Source: Octopus sinensis (Eukaryota). Taken from it: DNA of 14,146 nucleotides. The notes below the pieces were generated by a model. That model was not told where the DNA came from, did no database searches, and saw only the letters and a program-made list of their open reading frames with translations. The stretch spans positions 1 to 14,146 of the forward strand of contig NW_021825840.1 of assembly GCF_006345805.1 (NCBI RefSeq), given 5' to 3'. Below are positions 8,721 through 14,146 of this stretch, piece after piece; the first letter of the stretch is position 1, and every line of letters starts with the position of its first letter. A program made the translations under genes and the position numbers.

Positions 8721-9035
8721 GTATGTGTATTGTATGCACTTATTAATATTCTCATACACTGACAGATAAAAGCGCCATTTTATAAAAAAATTTAATCCAT
8801 ATTGACTAACATGGATGCTTGTGTCTTGAAGTATATCTTTAAATATCGGTATATTTATGTGTGTGTATATATGTCCTTTGAATGTATTTTTGAAATTTCT
8901 TACTAATATAGATAAAATCGATTCATAATCCAGATAGAACGTTCTTTCATTGGCAATAAGGCAAGCGGAGCTAGAGGCCCATGTAGGAATACCTGTGTAC
9001 GGAAAATGGAAAACGTTACCTTTTCGAGTGATACC

Positions 9036-9129
9036 GACTTAAGGGCCGGTTTTTATGGCGTATAAATTCCCCACCTGGATGGGACACCGGTCTGTCTGAC
9101 GGTTACTTATTTTTACCAGCTGAGTGGAC
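9036..9129 (-). mobile_element. SINE family C fragment (3' part)
   Basis: Shares ggccggtt, atggcgtataa, attcc and ctg.a.ggg.c.ccggtc.gtc with 11007-11090. Minus orientation is inferred from recalled similarity to a tRNA-derived octopus SINE. Confidence 0.6.
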
Positions 9130-9164
9130 ATAACAAATACAAAAACAAATAATTATTGATATTA

Positions 9165-9905
9165 TTAGGTTGTTCCGAAAATAATGGCCGATTTCAGAAA
9201 CAATTTTATTGTGGAAAAATGAACAATAGAAATGTTTTGATTAGTCAAAGTATGAGCCGTGAACATCTATGCTTCTCTACCATCGATCAACAAGATTATT
9301 TATGCCCCGTTGATAAAAACTTATTGGCTTTGGTGCTAAGAAATCTTTGAAAGCTGATTCCATCTCTGGTTTGGACCTGAAAGTTTTATCACTTAAAAAC
9401 GTGTTTAAATGCTTTAAAAATGGTAGTCAGTGGGTGAAAGATCAGGAAAATATGGAAAGTCTCGTATTCCCAAGTCTGTGAATTTCTGCAGTATCATTCT
9501 TGCAGCATGTGGCTTTGCATTATCGTGAAGCAGAATTGGGCCACACCGATTCACCAATTCAGGTTTCATTTTTTGCAAGTGAGCCTGCATTTCAGCGAGA
9601 TGATTGCAGTGTAATTAACAACACCAATTGCAGACCACCAGACAGTCACCATAATCTTTTACTGATGCAACTTTGGCTTCAAGAAATGTTAAGGGGACTC
9701 ACCACGGTCAAGCCATTGACCTAATCGTTTATGGTTATCATAAAGGAACCACTTTTTGTCTCAAATGACTATTCGGTCAAAAAAAAAGGATCATTGGTGT
9801 TTCGCAGTAAGAGCGTCGAGCACACTTTAAAACGCCGAACATTTAGATTTTCATTAAGCCCGTGCAGTACCCATTTATCGAGTTTTTTCACCTTATCCAA
9901 TCTTC
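9165..9905 (-). mobile_element. 5'-truncated mariner (Tc1/mariner) DNA transposon
   Basis: TA (9163-9164) then mariner-type TIR ttaggttgttccgaaaataatggccgattt (9165-9194), 46 bp beyond the transposase stop codon. The partner TIR is absent from the window. Confidence 0.9.
9241..9905 (-). pseudogene. Mariner DD(34)D transposase remnant with stops, frameshifts and deletions
   Basis: Hand translation: KVKKLDKWVLHGL (WVPHEL motif) ... RIVI*DKKWFLYDN (first D) ... KIMVTVWWSAIGVV ... GPILLHDNAKPH (second D) ... PYFPDLSPTDYHF (YSPDL motif, third D) ... LVDRW*RSIDVHGSYFD* (stop 9243-9241). Confidence 0.93.
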
Positions 9906-9999
9906 TACGGTTATTACTCTCGCAATGACTAAATGAAATATGTAACTAGACATGTACAGTGGCGATTTCTTCTCCACTTTTCGACCCTGTTCTTTCTCC

Positions 10000-10033
10000 T
10001 TTCCGACGAAGCGCTATTGCTCGAAACCTCAAA
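10000..10033 (+). ncRNA. Degenerate minimal hammerhead-like motif
   Basis: ttt CCGACGA a gcgc tatt gctc GAAA c ctc aaa. Deviations from a canonical minimal hammerhead: U4C, an extra A after A9, one stem II mismatch, and CTC instead of GTC. Confidence 0.35.
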
Positions 10034-10113
10034 CTCTCTCCTTTCACTGAGAATTAAGCTGACCATTGTTGTGCACCTCCTCATGCTCGGGGTTTTCGAT
10101 TTTTTATTTTATT

Positions 10114-10151
10114 ATTTCGGCAGACGGAATCTAAAAGAAGCCCGTCGTGTT

Positions 10152-10185
<34 letters not shown>

Positions 10186-10417
10186 ATATATATGTATATA
10201 TATTTGTGTGTGTGTACCTTTGTATCTGTGTTTGCCCCCATCATAATGTGACAATCGATGTTGGTGTGTTTACGTCCCCTAACTTAGCAGTTCGGTAAAA
10301 AAAACGTGATAGAATAAGTACTAGGCTTACAAAGAATAAGTCCTGGGATCGATTTCTCGACTAAAGGCGGGGCTCCAGCATGGCCGCAGTTAAATGACTG
10401 AAACAAATAAAAGAATA
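10114..10417 (+). mobile_element. SINE family A copy, 5'-truncated, with internal (TA)n/(TG)n tract
   Basis: Aligns with about 532-860 (cagacggaatctaaaagaagcccgtcg ... tcgactaaaggcggggctccagcatggccgcag ... aataaaagaata). Confidence 0.88.
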
Positions 10418-10519
10418 TATGTGTGTATTTGTGTGTGTGAGTGCATGTGTGTGTGGTGTGTGTGTGTGTGTGTGTGTGCAATATTAAAACGTGTGTGTAT
10501 TATTTTGAATGGGGTGCAT

Positions 10520-10865
10520 AATTCAGACGCAGGTTATCTCGTAAGACATTATTCAGTGTGTCCATTCATTTCATTTTATTAATACTCTCTGTCAAAACCT
10601 TTAAGCCTACCACCCGCTTCACACCCGTTTCACTTCTCCGTTGAACTTCCTGTTAGTCATAAGTTCTTTTATTCTAACAGCTTCTTTCCTCAAACTGCTG
10701 CTCTCTGGAACTCATTATCATCGTCTCGTTGTCTTCAGGTCTGCGATATTCAGTCCTTTATGCTTTCTGCTAATCAATATCTTTTGAATTTGTTGGCCTT
10801 TTCCTTTTCTTCTTTATAATCCATTATGCTATAATGGCGTTGAGCCTAGTTTGGGAAAATTTCCA
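10520..10865 (+). mobile_element. 3' end of a CR1/Jockey-group LINE (ORF2 C-terminus remnant and short 3' UTR)
   Basis: One frame reads RHYSVCPFISFY*YSLSKPLSLPPASHPF...YSNSFFPQTAALWNSL...DIQSFMLSANQYL (stop 10817-10819), matching the SFFPRT..LWNSLP...LQSFK..VN motif of ORF2 C-termini in this group. Confidence 0.75.
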
Positions 10866-11006
10866 ATATCGTGGAACTGTCCGTACAGGTGTGTAATTTC
10901 TAGTAGGTGTGTAATTTTGGGTGCGGTTTTGCTTTTGATGTTCTTTATTTTGATATTGTTGGTGTTTTTCATGGCCCCCTAGATATTGTCGTCTCTAGCC
11001 TTTGGC

Positions 11007-11204
11007 ATCATAGGCCGGTTATCCAGTTTCTATGGCGTATAAGTGAACAAGTTAACAGCAATATTCCTGAACGGGGCGCCGGTCCGTCGTAGAGCTATAC
11101 ATTTACAGCTTAGAGAACAGGAGCAATATGAAATTATGTGTTTTTCTCAAGAAAATAACGGATCGCCAGGTTCGGAAATTGATCCCTAGATCTTAGAATC
11201 GTGA
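11007..11204 (-). mobile_element. Diverged SINE family C copy
   Basis: Overlaps 9036-9129 in sequence; continues ggagcaatatgaaatt.tgtgttttt.tcaaga...gatcgcc.gg, recalled as the body of the same SINE. Confidence 0.55.
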
Positions 11205-11225
11205 AATTATGGACACACACATACA

Positions 11226-11388
11226 CGACGGACATCTTTCAGTTTCCGTCTGCCAAATCCACTCACGAGGCTTTAGTCAGCCCGAGGCTATAGAAGAAGA
11301 CACTTGCCCAAGGTGCCACGCAGAGGCACTGAACCCGGTACCATATAGCTAGTAAGCAAGCTTCTTACCATACAGGTCCGCCTGCGCC
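11226..11388 (-). mobile_element. SINE family A 5' half with tRNA-like head (A and B boxes)
   Basis: Minus strand ggcgcagg...TGGTAAGAAG (A-box-like, 11370-11361)...GGTTCAGTGCC (B-box-like, 11335-11325)...gtgagtggatttggcagacggaaactgaaaga; ends where the internal microsatellite would begin. Confidence 0.85.
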
Positions 11389-11794
11389 TATACACACATA
11401 CACACACACACAGAGGAAATAGGATCGTGCCTTCACTGTTGTTGTTTAGCCTCGGGCAAAAAAGCTGATGATACACATATGCTCATTCTTCGGTTATTTT
11501 TAATGCTGAGGTCTCAGACAAAAGTTGGCTGCTATTTCTAGTTGGTCGCTTGGCCGACCAATGTGTCGTGCGATATTATTGTTATTGTATCAAAACCTTA
11601 ATAATTCGTTCATTTTGTTTAAGGATGAGAATTATTTAAATCCCTCTCAACACATGGCTATGATGCTCCCTCACTACTTCTGCTCGTGATCAGAGATGCA
11701 CATATCGTCAGCCACCAAGGGACATACTCAACTGGTTAAGGACAAGCAACTGACAAGCAAATCTGAGGTCCCAGACAAAAGTTGGCTGCTATTT

Positions 11795-11974
11795 CTAGCA
11801 GAATTGTTAACATGCCGCTAAGCATTTCGTCCTTATGTTCGGAATTCAAATACCGCGGATATCGACTTTTCGTTTCATCCCTTCGAGTTCGATAAATTAA
11901 GTACCAGTGAAAAACTGAGGTCGATGTAATTGAAGAAGTCCTCCACACAAATTTCAGCGTTTGCGCCTTTAGTA
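11795..11974 (+). mobile_element. Diverged SINE family B copy inside the array
   Basis: gcagaattgttaac...ttcggaattcaaataccgcggatatcgac...ttcatcc.ttcgagttcgataaattaagtaccag; its tail resembles 14100-14146. Confidence 0.75.
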
Positions 11975-12263
11975 TCGTCAGCCACTAAGGGACATGCTCA
12001 ACTGGTTAAGGACAAACAACTGACAGGCAAATTTGAGGTCTCAGACAAAAGTTGGCTGCTATTTCTAGTTGTATCAAAACCTTAATAATTCGTTCATTTT
12101 GTTTAAGGATGAGAATTATTCAAATCCCTCTCAACACATGGCCATGATGCTCCCCTACGACTTCTGCTCGTGATAAGAGATGCACATATCGTCAGTCACT
12201 AAGGGACATGCTCAACTGGTTAAAGCCAAACAACTGACAAGCAAATCTGTGGTATTGAGCAGA

Positions 12264-12311
<48 letters not shown>

Positions 12312-12400
12312 GAGTGAGAGAGCAGTTCATGCCATCAAAGTGACACTGGGGTAAAATATACGAAGCCCAATATACCCATCATGACTACCCGTCTGATAAG
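12264..12400 (-). mobile_element. (AAT)n-tailed 3' end of a retroposon-like repeat
   Basis: Minus strand ...ctgctctctcactc(aat)n. I recall this as an abundant octopus interspersed repeat, probably the same family as the aaatccctctcaacacatgg...gcaaatctg half of the array unit; not verified. Confidence 0.5.
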
Positions 12401-12599
12401 CCACTAAGGGACATGCTCAACTGGTTAAGGACAAACAACTGACAAGCAAAACTGAGGTCTCAGACAAAAGTTTGGCTGCTATTTCTAGCTGGTCGCTTGG
12501 CCGACCAGTGTGTCGTGCGATATTATTGTTATTGTATCAAAACCTTAATAATTCGTTCATTCTGTTCAACTTGATGCACTCAACTGCTGACTCTATTGG

Positions 12600-12819
12600 C
12601 ACCGCCATTGTTACTGTCGGTGTTGTTGCTGTTGTTGTGGTGGTTGCGGTACTTGTTGATGTAGTTGTTGTTATTGGTGTTATTGGTGGGGTGTTGGGGT
12701 TGGAGGTGGTGGTGGTGGTGACGGTTGTGGTTATGAGGATGTTTTCAAGAATTAATTTCCGCTTCTTGTATTCTTTCTTTATGTACTTTTCGCGTTCTGG
12801 GTGATGATGATGATGGTTG

Positions 12820-12857
<38 letters not shown>

Positions 12858-12930
12858 ACGACGACGACGACGACGACGATGGTGATGATGATGATGATGA
12901 TGATGACGACGGCGACGACGACGACGATGG

Positions 12931-12977
<47 letters not shown>

Positions 12978-13400
12978 GAAATGATGACGGCGACGACGAT
13001 TATGACGATCATGCTGCTGCAGCTGATGATGATGATGATGATGACAATGATGATGAAGATGATGATGGTGATGATGGTGGTGGTGGTGATGACGACGACG
13101 ATGATGACAATTATGGCGATGGTGATGATGATGATAACTAGGAAAAACGAAAGAGGAAAGAGGCGGGGGGAAGAGGAGGAGGAGGAAACAAAATGGAGAT
13201 GAGGAAAATGATAACGGTGGTGGGTGGTGGTGGTGGCGGTGATGAAGATGGTGGCTGTGGTAGTGGTGGTGGGTGTAATAATGATGATTATAATGATGGT
13301 GATGATGATGATTGTGGTGATGGTGATGACTGTTGCTGTTGCTGTTGTTGTTGTTGCTGTTGTAGTTGTCGGTGTTGTTTTTCTCTATTCAATTGTTATT
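12600..13400. repeat. Trinucleotide low-complexity field (GTT, GGT, GAT, GAC, TGT)
   Basis: Directly visible; source of the poly-Met/Ile/Val/Asp ORFs. Confidence 0.9.
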
Positions 13401-13569
13401 CTCGTCGTGATTAATGTCGATGCAAAAGATATTGTTGACGTCATCGCTATTTATTGGCGTTGGGGCTTTTGTTCCTTTTTTCTCTTCTTGTTCTTCTCAC
13501 TGCTGCTACTGTCTCTATTACGCTTCATCTGTGTCCTGAAGCCCATCTTCCAACTTTTGATGTCATTAA

Positions 13570-14146
13570 GGCGGCGAGCTGGCAGAACCGTTAGCGCGCC
13601 GGGCGAAATGCGTAGCCGTATTTCGTGTGCCGTTACGTTCTGAGTTCAAATTCCGCCGAGGTCGACTTTGCCTTTCATCCTTTAGGGGTCGATTAAATAA
13701 GTGCCAGTTACGCACTGGTGTCGATATAATCGACTTAATCCGTTTGTCTGTCCTTGTTTGTCCCCTCTATGTTTAGCCCCTTGTGGGTAATAAAGAAATA
13801 GGTATTTCTTCTGCCATTACGTTCTGAGTTCAAATTCCGCAGAGGTCGACTTTGCTTTTCATCCTTTCAAGGTCGATAAATTAAGTACCAGTTACGCACT
13901 GGGGTCGATGTAATTGACTTAATACCTATGTCTGTCCTTGTTTGTCCCCTCTGTGTTTAGCCCCTTGTGGGTAGTAAAGAAATAGGTATTTCTTATGCCG
14001 TTACGTTCTGAGTTCAAATTCCGCCGAGGTCGACTTTGCTTTTCATCCTTTCAAGGTCGATAAATTAAGCACCAGTTGCGTACTGGGGGTCGACGTAATC
14101 GACTGAACTCCTCCCCCAAAATTTCGGGCCTTGTGCCTAGAGTAGA
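13570..14146 (+). mobile_element. SINE family B with one tRNA-like head and a body repeated with a 184-bp period (third copy ends in a different tail; runs to the window edge)
   Basis: A-box-like tggcagaaccg at 13580; B-box gttcaaattc at 13644, 13828 and 14012; gtatttc at 13618, 13802 and 13986. Confidence 0.92.

Larger units (their letters stand above)
11506..12560. repeat. Mosaic tandem array of a ~257-bp unit (4 unit starts) interrupted by two foreign inserts
   Basis: The unit start (c/t)tgaggtc(t/c)cagacaaaagttggctgctatttctag occurs at 11506, 11763, 12033 and 12452; ccactaagggacatgctcaactggttaag occurs 4 times with small variants. Confidence 0.92.

Noticed and set aside
66-8746. ORFs rich in YI, CV, HT, RE and SL dipeptide repeats
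   Set aside because: They are translations of dinucleotide microsatellites with no domain signal.
11465-11471. CTGATGA core (also CTGAAGA near 307 and CTGAGGA near 6686)
   Set aside because: No correctly placed GAAA/NUH or stems.
11535-11561. Helitron 3' end (hairpin + CTAG on the minus strand)
   Set aside because: The hairpin abuts CTAG with no ~10-nt spacer, the next base is A rather than T, and no 5' TC end was identified.
11506-12560. CRISPR-like array
   Set aside because: The repeats are long and irregular, the inserts are SINE or retroposon pieces, the context is eukaryotic, and there are no cas genes.
12472-13643. Poly-Met/Ile/Val/Asp/Cys ORFs
   Set aside because: Trinucleotide repeat read-through; the ORF ends run into array or SINE sequence.
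13570-13660. tRNA gene (also 11325-11388)
   Set aside because: A/B-box-like motifs are present but I cannot draw a cloverleaf, and both continue into SINE bodies.

Overview
AT-rich, microsatellite-saturated eukaryotic DNA. The SINE-like repeats look to me like those of an Octopus (coleoid cephalopod) genome; this is recognition from memory, not a search result. I can support no intact protein-coding gene, and most ORF-track entries are read-throughs of di- or trinucleotide repeats. Mobile-element content: three tRNA-type SINE families in several rearranged copies, a complete MITE (2683-3167, 29-bp TIRs, 8-bp TSD) carrying TTAGGG repeats, a decayed 5'-truncated mariner transposase (minus, 9241-9905) with one TIR, and the 3' end of a CR1/Jockey-group LINE (about 10520-10865). 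Also present: a mosaic ~257-bp tandem array (11506-12560) and an 84-bp GGT/GAT minisatellite. The main discovery is an apparently intact Type I hammerhead ribozyme on the minus strand (4278-4388): full catalytic core, GUC cleavage site, palindromic stem III, extended stems I and II, and overlapping AATAAA signals, in a ~235-bp block between (TA)n tracts. Degenerate hammerhead-like cores occur at 2245-2468 and 10000-10033, and a near-perfect 68-nt hairpin lies at 4831-4898. Together these suggest relics of a Penelope-like or retrozyme-type family.
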